NCBI GenBank assembly: GCA_964252035.1
Contig: OZ176200.1
Length of the DNA stretch: 64,000 nucleotides
Origin: Podarcis erhardii
Lineage: Eukaryota
Reading direction: 5' to 3' (one strand)
Part shown: positions 52,552-64,000 of the stretch, in pieces
Layout: each line of letters opens with the position of its first letter
Numbering within the stretch: position 1 is the stretch's first letter
Position numbers and translations under genes: made by a program
The notes under the pieces: generated by a model
What the model saw: only the letters and a program-made list of their open reading frames with translations
The model's database searches: none
What the model was told of the DNA's origin: nothing

Positions 52552-53198
52552 TGACTCTCTTAAGCCGAGGGAGAGTCCTAAAGCAGGAACAAAAAGCAGG
52601 GCCTTTTCTGTGGTGGCCCACCTGCCTATGGAACAGTGCCAGGGAGTAGTTAGGCAAACTCTGTCACAGATCTCTCTTAAGAAGACTTTTCAAAGCTTTT
52701 TTAGAATGACCTTTAGAGATTGAAAGGTGATGGCAGCAGTTGCTGGTTTTGTCTTATTTTCATGTTTGAATACAATATGATTTTATAGTTGTATAATTGT
52801 TTTGTTTTAAAAAGCATTTTACTGTTTGTAAACTGCTTTGTTAGGTAACCAACCAGAAAAGTGGCATGGCAGTTAAAAAAATTAAATAAAAGAAACAAGC
52901 TTGATTTTGGATCTTTGTCACTAACTAAATTTTGTGGGTGGAGAGGCAGCCCAGTGCTTCAATGGATAGTCCTTTAAGCAGATGGGCCATTGCCCTTGGC
53001 TGCAATGTTTGCTGCCCCCTAACCAGACAGAAAACTCAAAAAGCATCAAGGCCCTGTTGAGCCGCTAAATTGAATGGTGCTCATGGAAGAGAGCTGTATA
53101 AGTCAATTACTATACTCTCATTCAAGTGGTGACACTAAAAGAGTAACAAGCAAGAAACATGGGTCCCACCTCGGTTCCAGTACTCCTGAGCATTATAG

Positions 53199-53818
<620 letters not shown>

Positions 53819-54178
53819 TAAAGTAAGTCGTGTCTTGTATCATCCTGCTGAAATCAGCACTCACCACTATTTCTCTATGGAATAGAAACAAAATGCATAA
53901 TATACCTGGCTTGATAGGAACATGCAAAGCTACCAGCCCAGAGTATTTGTCAATCTAACCAAATATTGACTACACTGCACTCCAGGGTGAAACCTGATCC
54001 ATTTTTAGTGGAGTTGTCTGGGATCAAACCTGGAACCTTGTTCTGCAAATAAGCAATAAACCCCCCTCCACATAAAGGATGTCCATTGTCTGTGTTGGAT
54101 GGGAGGGGGAGGGGAAGCATTCAGTTAATCTTCTGAAATATTTTTGGAACTAGGGACTGATAACTTTCTCCCCTCTAG

Positions 54179-54418
<240 letters not shown>

Positions 54419-55538
54419 TGAGAATATGAATTCCCATTAACAAGAGCATACAGAGACTATGTCCTTGCAAATTGTGAGATAAATGTCCTAGTCTAATGGA
54501 ATGCAGGGCTGTTGTTAGTTAGACCTGCTGGAAGAGCAGGAGCTATGACTGGCACTGTGCCTCTCCTCTGTCCCGCCCTGATGTAGCTCTACCTCGGCTT
54601 GTTCCACCCATTAGTGTGAGGACGCTGGTAGGATTTTCCTCTCCAGCTGTTGCTGATCTCAGGGAAAGAAGAACATTCCTCCAGTTGCAACAAAGGCAGT
54701 TCTGGATTCTTGATTTGCATCTGTTCACTATGAAGAGAGATGTCAGCTAGCCAGGCCCTTCTTACTCAGACACAGTTCATGTTAGTTCTACAGTGAAGTT
54801 AGTAGATAGCAAACATTCTGGCTTTCGTAGCTGGGTGCTTTGCATTCAAAACCCGACCAGATGGCATACTGAGCATGCTGGTCCAGTGGCTGTTGGCACA
54901 AGATTACAAAGAAGGAAAAGACAAGAGAAGTACAGGAAATAATAAATTCCTATCTTAACCTTTACTGCAATGTAGAGTCTGCTTTTGTTAACACAAATAT
55001 CACTGGCAGTAGCTATTCTGCAGCATAACCTTGCCCTTTTCTCGATTTAAAAAGGCTTGTTTGCCAATCCACAGGTATTCATACCAGGAGGAGCAAAACA
55101 GTCACTTCTATGATACCCTGAAGGCCTCGGCCTGTATGAAGTTAGTATGAAACTTAAGACTACTTAGGGTACCTGTTTCCTTGCTTCTCCTTTGCTGTAG
55201 CTTCTTAATACTTTCTAGTTAAGGAGATGGGCAGTGTTAGCACACTCTTTTTCAATTTCTCCCAAATAAACACCTTTTTAGCTTTCTTCAAATAGACCAC
55301 CTTCTCTCTACCCTGATTGTAGTCACTTAGGGCTTTTAATGTAGTTATTTCCAGAACTGGTCAAGGTTACTGGAAAGATTGTGTTTTTGAACACCTGCTA
55401 TTCTGCTCATTCTCGTTCTTTCTCTCCCCCCCACTCCCCCCGGGCTAATGGTGACTTCTTTGCCTTCCATGTTTTGCATCTTCCTCTTACTTGTTCTTCT
55501 CCTAGAAAGATGCATGATTTGGAAATGGGACACTTTAA

Positions 55539-55784
<246 letters not shown>

Positions 55785-56131
55785 TAACTTGCTTGCTAGT
55801 GTGCTTTTGGGGTATGGATGGAAATTTTCCAGTAGGACCTGGATGGCCCCAGGATGCCTGTTGCCCAAACACTTGAGTTTTCTGAGAGAATTCTATAATA
55901 AACCAAGCCATTTATGAAAGGGGTCAGCAGCATGCTAAGAAATTGCAGAGAGAGAAAGAACCAATGGGGCACTTTTTAACTACTGGGAAAGACGGAGGAT
56001 AGATAAATTACTTCAAAGTTCTTCCAAAGGGACAGGAAAAGGCATGGACTTGCTCCCAATACGGGCTCTGCGGTATGAGACTGAAGGAAGATGGCAATTG
56101 CTTCAAGTTGCTATTCCTTCTTTAAAAATGC

Positions 56132-56565
56132 TTTTATTAAGTTTTGTAGATACAGGAATATATTGGCAGAAGATAGGGAAGAAAAGAGCCCTACCCTCCC
56201 TAGATTCCCCTAATCTGATGTGAGCAATTCTCATCCCAAATTGTCTTTCCATAGAAGTCTTTGCGTTCCAGGTGGGCAGAAATCTTGTTCTTTTGTCTCA
56301 ATATCTGAAATAAAACATGACCAGATATCATAAAACTTGTTGGTTGGTTGTTCATTTCTTCTGGCATGTAATTCGTGAGTCAATTTTTCCATTAGCGCCA
56401 AGTTCCATGCTTGAATATTCCACTGCTGAGTTAGCATCCAGGGATCTCCAATGCTTGGCAATAGAGATGCTGCTATTCCCGAGACTTCCTGTATGTAGCT
56501 GGGCCTGGCCATTTGTGCATTTATTTTCCATGCCAAATGGCCAAAAATGCTTCAATATACCAGGA
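56132..56565 (-). mobile_element. 5'-truncated, frameshifted L1 (ORF2 C-terminus and 3' UTR)
   Basis: SIAKHWRS... and QWNIQAWNLALMEKLTHELH...KFYDIWSCFISDI in two frames; AATAAAA at the 3' end. Confidence 0.65.
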
Positions 56566-58164
56566 CTGTGTTCCCTTGCTCAGTGGCGGTGAAAGCAGAG
56601 CTGCATATTGAGAAATAACACATAAAGGGGAACTTGGGAGCAGGAGTCTTTCACGAGAAGCTGGCAAATTCTGGAACTGAGCAGTGATTTAACATAAACT
56701 TTCAGCACTATATGCCAGCCCAGATGGAGAGGCAGTCATCTGTTGTCACCAGTGACATAAAATGAACGTTATCACACACCTGTTTCTCTGGATGGTTGTG
56801 AGCATGGTAATGCTAGCCTTGCTCTGGGGCTAGTGGCTTGCCACATGGCCAGAGCCACAACACAATAAACTTAAATAGATGCCTTATGGTTAGTGATCAT
56901 CCGATTCCACACTAAAATAGTTTTTGTATCCACCAGCCTGATCTACTGGGAAGCACATAGGAATAGGGGCCACCTGGATCTTGGGGATTTCATTCATGCT
57001 TTAAAAATGTATTTCTAGAAATGTGATTTGTTTTTCTTTTTTACAGGTACTAAAATCTTTCAAAACCCAGCACTTGGGTTTGCATGAAACACGCATTGCT
57101 GAGTTATCATTATTAAATATTCTAGTACCAACTTACTTTGCTTGATCTGCCTATAGTAACTAATTAAAACAGGAATACTACAAGGATATCTGTAGCATGA
57201 AATAAGTACAAGAAGTAGATCCAAACTGCTTTTTGGTTTATCATTTGTGAAAAATCCTTCCAGGCACCATCCTGGTTTGCTTCTGCCTGTCATGTTGTCT
57301 TATTTATTTATAAAATAGTTGTATACCACTATATCAAAGCAGTTTACAGCAGTAAAAGCATAAAAAATTAAAATATGTTATGAAGGTAGGGACACTGAGC
57401 TTTCTATACTTGGTTTGCTGTGGTTTGTCTAGCTTGCTGCATGTGAGCTGAATTTATTGATCTCTGTCAAAGAACAATTCATCAGTTTTTCTTTTTGCTT
57501 TGCCAGGGTCGTAGTGTATACCCAAGGGCTTATGGGAACTGGGTCACTCCTCTTTTTAAAACCTATTGGTGCATCTTCCCCATCTAAATACTTCAATAAC
57601 ATGCAGTTGTATAGTTAATGCAGACAATTTGTTATTTCACTGAGTCAGTTGAACTGATGCACTATTTTCCTTTCGTTGCTGGAAGTGATATTTTAAATTG
57701 TTCTCCTTAAATAGAAAGTTGGAGCAAGTGCTGATGGGTTTTTTAAAAAGGCATTCTCTGGATGGTTACACCCCTTTCAGGTGGTCTTTAACTTCACTAA
57801 TGTGTGAATTCTGCATGGTGGTTGACTCTTCAGCATGAGTCAATTGAGATGACATGGGCAGCTGGAGAGGGTATCACTGTCTAGGAAGCATCTTCTGGCT
57901 GCTAATGCCCAAGAGCTTTTAAGGTGCTTCTCTGTACAATAATGGCTTTGTTCCAGTAGGCCACTATAATATAGTTGTATGGAGAATGAAGGCTAACACT
58001 GACCCTAAACTCGTTTGGAAATGAGACACACAGATTTCAGTGGAATTGTTATTAAATAAGTGTGCATGGTATCTCAACCTTAGCTTCACTTCCATATGTG
58101 TGCATTGCCAGCATCTCTGGAAACCAGAAGGGAAAAGAAAGCAAGTCTCATTTCATTTTAGTGA

Positions 58165-58338
<174 letters not shown>

Positions 58339-58520
58339 TTGCTTCCTCCCTTCCCCCTTAAGGTGTGCATCCTGCAAGCATTTTCTCCAGAGGTCACCAA
58401 ATCATTGGCCTCCAACTTGCGTCAAAAACCATGAAAACAATCTGGAACTTTCTGAGGACACTCTTATTGTAACCAATGCTTCCTTTTAAACATCTAGAAT
58501 TATGGTGATGATTTTTTTCT

Positions 58521-58526
58521 AATAAA
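58521..58526 (+). terminator. PACSIN3: Candidate PACSIN3 polyadenylation signal (AATAAA)
   Basis: AATAAA about 180 nt after the stop, followed by U/GU-rich sequence. Confidence 0.55.
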
Positions 58527-59405
58527 GGTATATAAAATTTTCTGAATCCTGTGTGTTATAATGGAATAGAAGGTGGAAAACGCCCCATAAAGCGCAAAGC
58601 ACCCAAACTCCTTTCCTCTTCTGTGCAGCGATTCCAACAAGCCTATTGTCTGCCAGCTGAATAAGTAGCAGTTGCTCTAAAAGCGAACATTAAAGGATAG
58701 TTAGAAGCCAACTGTGGAATGGCAACTCTCCAGCAGCTTATTCCTAGGCAAGAGTCAAACTAGCCATCTCAATTGCACCCCAACTACCTGTCTAGCAAAT
58801 ATATTACATAAGCTCCTATCCCAACTGCTGAATCTGTTGATAGTTTGTAGTACTGACATCATATGGAAGCAAGGTATTGAAAACTATGCTGTTAAGAAGT
58901 GCAACTACAATCTGATATGACTTACAGGACAAACCATAGTATCCTTCAGTATAGTTACATTGATTAGATGGAAAGCACTCAAACAGCCATTATGTTTGTG
59001 GTAACAGATGTACATCAACTATACATGTGGGGCTCCTGTGCTACATCAGGATAGTTGTGAGAGAAGGTGCTAGTGGTGTTCAAATCCACCCAAGGAAGGT
59101 TTGCCCAGAATGAATGGCACAGCATTTCAACCTATAATAGAGTGACTGCTAAGAACTGCCTTCGCCTCACTTCTTCACATGCCCCATGGAGCTATTTTTA
59201 CAGAGCACCACTGTTAGGCAGTGGACCACTTTGGGTCAGGTCCTCAGCAATCTTGCAAAAAGTTAGAAAGATCACTTGCTGTAGTTGGTGTCTTTTATGT
59301 AGCAAACATGCTTTGCCTTGGGGTTGAAGTTTTGCAACAGGTGCAAGTCTGTTGAAATATGGAGTGCAGCTGTTGCAACAAGTAATTGCTCTCATTCCTG
59401 TGCTG

Positions 59406-59411
59406 TTTATT
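59406..59411 (-). terminator. Candidate polyadenylation signal of the THAP9-like gene
   Basis: TTTATT on the + strand, about 630 nt downstream of the stop on the minus strand; unverified. Confidence 0.35.
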
Positions 59412-59729
59412 GACCTGGCCCAAGGCTTCAGCCACTTGGTGCTGGACTTTGCTTCTTGATAGCCAAAGGTCAAGAGTTATGTTCTAATCTGGGCTGCTGC
59501 CTCAGCCTTGCTTCTACAGACCAGAGTGGGGTTGGTAACAAAAGTGCTGGGGGAGGGGGAAGTCCCAATTTGGGGGACTAGTTGGAAAACAGGCATATAG
59601 TTCTTAAAACTCCAGAGCTGGGACTGCACAACAAAGGAAGCCATGATAAGTCCATAAGCGAAGTTCCAATATCCACTTGGGGAAAAACTTTATAGAGACC
59701 AGCTTTGCCAATGTAAATAGGATACCAAT

Positions 59730-59796
59730 ATTCCTGCATTGCGGGGAGTTGGACTAGATGATCCTTGGGGTCCCTTCCAATTCTACGATTCTGTGA
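59730..59796 (+). mobile_element. 3' fragment of the same CR1-tailed SINE
   Basis: ATTCCTGCATTGCGGGGAGTTGGACTAGATGATCC...CCCTTCCAATTCTACGATTCTGTGAT matches the tail of 4779-4909. Confidence 0.7.
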
Positions 59797-60038
59797 TCCC
59801 CATGCTGTAAGCCCTGCAAAAATGCTTCTCAAAGGCACACACACGTCACTTTCATGTGAAAAGTTAGAATGACCTTCCTGCATGTCAGTTCCATGTGGAC
59901 CTCCCTGCCTGTGTCTGCGCCAATAAAAAAGCCAAGTGCAAAGCAGCCTCGTAGTTTTCTACCAGCTTGCAGCATACCATAAGCTACCGCTACTCTTACA
60001 AGGCCATGTAAACATAAGCATTCAGCTTCCCACCACCA

Positions 60039-61983
60039 TCAAATAGGCATGTACCATTCCATAAGTCCACGTGTTTGCTGAGGCCAGTCCCTGCTGGGGC
60101 CCTTTGCATTCCCCGTCTGCTGCTTATCATTAGCCACTTTCAAAGAGCTGCTACATTCATGAGTCGGTGGCATGGACAACTGCCCCTGCGCTGCCTCAAG
60201 CCACAGTTCCAAGAAGGTTCGCACAAGCTCCTGCAGCAGAGTGACGTAATGGTTGGAAACTACAGTGTTGCTCTCAAAGAGGTGGTTGCCCAGGGATGAG
60301 AAAAGACTGGGCTCCTCACTCACATCTGCCAAGATGGCCAGCTGCCGCGTCAAGAACCCGCGGTGGCTGGAGTCTCCAAGGAACAAGGAAGGCAGGCCAA
60401 CAACCTGCTTTGCTCGGCGGATCACCTTCCGTACGGACTCTGCCGGGAGGTACTTTCTTCCCTTGCTCTGCACGCACAGCAGGGCACTGCCCGCAGGCAC
60501 ACCCTTACAAGGGCACAAGAGGGCAGCGCAGCATTCGGCGCAGGAGAGGAGGGGCAGCAGCTTCCCCAAAACAACGCAGGAAATGCAGGCGATGGCGTCT
60601 TCCTCCAACTCGGCCAGAAAGGCTGGGGCTATGCCCTGTGTCTCTTGTGGAGGCCCAGTGCCCTGAGACAAGCGCCAGATCTGCCCGCGAGCCAGAGGCC
60701 AGGAAGCCTGCAACTGGAGGTTAGTTCTTCTGCGTAAGGATATGTCAAGCAGGTTTGGTGGATCGAGGCCCAGACGAGAAAGAGCTCTGTTCAAGACAAC
60801 CCTGTACGCCCGCTGGAAGGTCCATGCGGGGCCAACACCTTTGTGCCCACGGGCTTGCTGTATGGCTCCCCTACACCACTCCAGAGGGTCCAGACTCCAC
60901 CAACAGGACAGCAAAGAAGTGGTGGGCTCGTCTTCTGCCTGTAGATGGGTCTGCGCCAGCCACTGAAAGCTGCGCAGGTTCACCAGGAAGCCAATGAAGC
61001 CCCATCGATGCCTGCTCAGCCCTACCAGCTCCCCGGTGGCAGTGCGGAGTTTGCGAAGCAGGTTCTCATACTCGTTGCAGAGGTTGTTGAGGGCGCTGGC
61101 ACTAGCACGGGAGAGGGTTGCCTTGAAACCTTTCCCATAGATGCTGCAGCTGCTGCACGTGTCAAAAATGGCACTCAGCAGCCCAATAAAGTGGGCGGTG
61201 GCTTCATGACCATGAAATTGAGGCAGGTTGAGCCTCGCTGCAAAATGCAAGGCCTGAACCGTGCCCTCGCTGAACAACTGTGTGGCCCCATTTCCCCACA
61301 CCTGCTGTTCTTGCGGGCTGATCGCTCCGGCCTGGCATGCTGCCTGGAGCACCACTTCTTCCTGCAGAGCCCCAAGATGCAGGAGGTAATCCCAGCAGAC
61401 CGCCTTGCCGCTCACCTGGAGGCTGCCGGCAGCTTGCAGCAAGCGGTGGATCAGCGTCAACAAATGGCTGGGATCGAAGTAGTACGCTATTTCCAGCGTA
61501 GGAGTAGCTGGATGGAAAAATGTGGACTTGACAAAGAGGCCGTCCACCACCACTCCCAGCCGCCTGGCTGTCTCGATATTGGGAGCTGTGGCATCAGACG
61601 TCACAGATACCACCTGCACACCAATGTCGTACAGTTTGAGGATACAGTGGCATAGGAGCTGGGCTTGTATGTCACCTCTAAGGGTGGCGAGGAGGAAGTA
61701 GCCAACAGGCACTATCCACTGGCCTTGGAATCCAACAGCCACAAGCAGGAGGGCTTCTCCGGCTGCCGAAACCTCATCCGCATCATATTTACCAGCACCA
61801 AAGTCCATCAAACCGTGCAAACGCCCGGTGGAAGGGTCATAGTGGCTTCTCCTTTCCAAAGGGATGGAGCCCATAAGGAGGGAGCACAACTTGAAGGTTT
61901 TCTCCCCTGCTTGGGATCTCCCTGCCAGAGCATCGAAGGCTTGTTGGCTGAATCCCGGCTCGTAATCCAGGTTTGAGAGCCAC
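60039..61983 (-). CDS. Terminal coding exon of a THAP9-like (P-element superfamily) transposase gene, 647 codons, no stops or frameshifts
   Basis: The 616-aa track ORF extends 31 codons upstream (WLSNLDYEPGFSQQAF...) to a phase-2 acceptor tttctttcccacacttcttccctcatag| at 61984/61983. Motifs GLMDFGAGKYDADE, GQWIVPVGYF, VTSDAT, YFDPSHLL, ATQLFSE, GFIGFLVN, SLDPLE, SCAEC and SNHYVTLL match my recollection of the human THAP9 last exon. No symbol is given because orthology versus paralogy is unresolved. Confidence 0.9.
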
Positions 61984-62838
61984 CTATGAGGGAAGAAGTG
62001 TGGGAAAGAAAGCTAATCAGCTCCATGTTTGGTTCAAACAAAAATCTTTCTTCTACTGCCAAACCTCGGAGCCTGAGGATAGTATGTTTCTTTGCCCTCG
62101 TGCTTATGAAAAATCAAAGCATGATGTTACTTTCATAAACTATTTTAGGCCATGCTTGTGCTAGAGGGCCTGAGAATAGTTCCACGTGGGAAGGCAGAGC
62201 CTGCATCAGTTCTGCTTATATACTCTAGTTCTCTGCAGTATTTGAAATCAAGAAGAAGAAGAAATCTCCCATAAACCATCAGGTGAGCTTGAAAGTCTGT
62301 TTTCTTCCCAACACACCAAATCACCCATGTGGTTTCCTTTAGGCTAACAGTGCATTTGGCACAGTTTGTGTGGGTCACTCTTAGGTTGCTTCCTTATGGG
62401 CTGCTATTGCTATCTAATTGTTGCCTTTCTGTAAAATCTACAAGCGGAATCACAATTGACTTTCCATAGTAAAGGGCACTTTGTGCTTTTCCCACGTGTA
62501 CATCCCCACCACGTTATGTCCACCGCTCTCTACACCACTATTTTATGAGTCCATTTTTTAACACCTATATTTTAATTATCACTGAAAGATGTTTCTGGCT
62601 CTTGAAATTAAAGAGGCACATCATTATAGCACGGTACTTTGATTTTGTTCCTTCCAAGTGCCGTTTTTGTGTGGTTCTGTGATACACGCGGCTTTGCTAT
62701 GTCTGCTTTTCTTGATGTTTCCATAGTCCAAAGTTGTTTTCCCCGTATCTGGGCTCTCACAGAATAGCAGAGTATGTTTTCTAGTGACACATCTGATTTT
62801 AGTGTTTTAACCAATTTTTACCATTTTGCATTATATAT

Positions 62839-63044
62839 CTTGGGTTACAGACGCTTCAGGTTACAGACCCCGCTAACCCAGAAATAGTACCTCAGGTTAA
62901 GAACTTTGCTTCAGGATGAGAACAGAAATCGCACGGTGGCAGCGGGAGACCCCATTAGCTAAAGTGGTACCTCAGGTTAAGAACAGTTTCAGGTTAAGAA
63001 CGGACCTCCAGAACGAATTAAGTTCTTAACCCAAGGTACCACTG
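62839..63044 (-). mobile_element. MITE family A, copy 4 (one terminus truncated)
   Basis: Family A interior ending GGTACCACTG|TA at 63044; the left TIR lacks its outer bases. Confidence 0.82.
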
Positions 63045-64000
63045 TAAACCACATAGAGACTATTGTAGTTAAGTGGCACGTGCGTCTTATGATATTTTTT
63101 CTTTGGTGCCACTGAGTGTTTGGATGGATGGGAGAAGACCAACCAATCCAGACTATCTTTCTTAGGTTGCAATCCTATATGTGGGACAGAGAGAGAGAGA
63201 GCATACTTTTTTTGAGAGAGCAAGACATATTTCTGAGAAAACCTTTAGAGGCTTGCAGTGATGCTTATACCTCCAAAGTCTAGTTTTATCAACTAGCACA
63301 GCTGTTTCCTTTTCCTTGTGAATTGTCCATTCCTCTGCTTCCTCTTGCTAATAAATCTGATCTTACTTTAACCTCCAATGGATGAAAAGCTTAACTTTTC
63401 TCTCTCACACACACACCACACACACAGGGCACACTACATCCAAGTCTTTTTGTTCACCTTGGCTTTCCCCTGATCAGAGTTTTGGGCATCATTTACCTCT
63501 CTCAAATTGCTTCCATACAACAATGTGATGCCAAGCCAGTGCAGAGGTTGTACTGTCATGCTGTACTAAACAAGGGACAGCCCAGGTTTAAATTCTGACT
63601 CACTCCTGAAGCTCCCTGGATGACCTTGGGTCAGTCACCATCTCTTAGCTTAACTTGCTTCACAGGGTTGTTGTGAGGATAAAATGGGGGTTGGACATAG
63701 AACTAAGTATGCTACCTTAGGTTCCTTGGAGGAATTTGGGATATAAACATAGGGCCCAATTCAACTAACCAGTCTCACTTGTGGAAGCCTGTGCAAGGAC
63801 TTCCGCTAGTGCAATGAAGGTTTCTCCCTATCCTCCCACTGCCTGCCCCCTGCACCTCTGATATCAGCTCTGAGGTGGTCAGGAGAACCCCTAGAAGAGC
63901 AAGCCTGAGCTGACAGTGTGATCTGTTTAGGGCTACACTGAATTCCTCCCACAATAACCCATGTAAAGTGATCAATCCGTTGGCTAGTACATTACTCAAA

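Noticed and set aside
60075-61976. Several long plus-strand ORFs (up to 236 aa) over the transposase exon
   Set aside because: Antisense shadows of a GC-rich coding exon; no recognisable domains.
62145-62378. ORF containing DFK...FPRGTILR, faintly like the THAP9 penultimate exon
   Set aside because: No usable donor after ILR, wrong spacing, and the conserved FAxTL/YxY core is absent.
63779-63890. Minus-strand segment with acceptor ttgctcttctag|, donor AA|GTGAGA and an open frame in phase 1 to 2, which would splice in frame to the THAP9-like exon
   Set aside because: The peptide (VLLTTSELISEVQGAGSGR...) shows no resemblance to any P/THAP9 region I know; the signals are compatible with chance and there is no transcript evidence.

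Overview
Vertebrate genomic DNA from a squamate reptile, probably a lacertid lizard (inferred from Sauria SINEs and a tRNA/CR1-tail SINE). It carries three protein-coding loci. (1) DDB2 on the minus strand: 10 coding exons, CDS 19889->937, 509 aa, with a probable non-coding first exon in a CpG island near 22.3-22.5 kb. (2) PACSIN3 on the plus strand, head-to-head with DDB2: CpG island at about 29.7-31.5 kb, 9 coding exons, CDS 49530->58338, 436 aa, including one GC-AG intron. (3) An intact 647-codon terminal exon on the minus strand (61983->60039) encoding a P-element/THAP9-type transposase core, tail-to-tail with PACSIN3. This is not where human THAP9 lies (between SEC31A and LIN54), and its upstream THAP-domain exons were not found in the window. 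It is the best candidate here for an undescribed domesticated transposase gene. Introns and intergenic DNA hold several Tc1/mariner-pogo MITE families, hAT-type MITEs, SINEs, L1 and L2 fragments and microsatellites. Two unusual structures stand out: a perfect 3x82-bp tandem repeat, and an L1 ORF1 fragment bracketed by a perfect 92-bp direct repeat. Gene models were built by hand from splice signals and reading-frame continuity. Homology calls rest on recalled protein sequences, not database searches.
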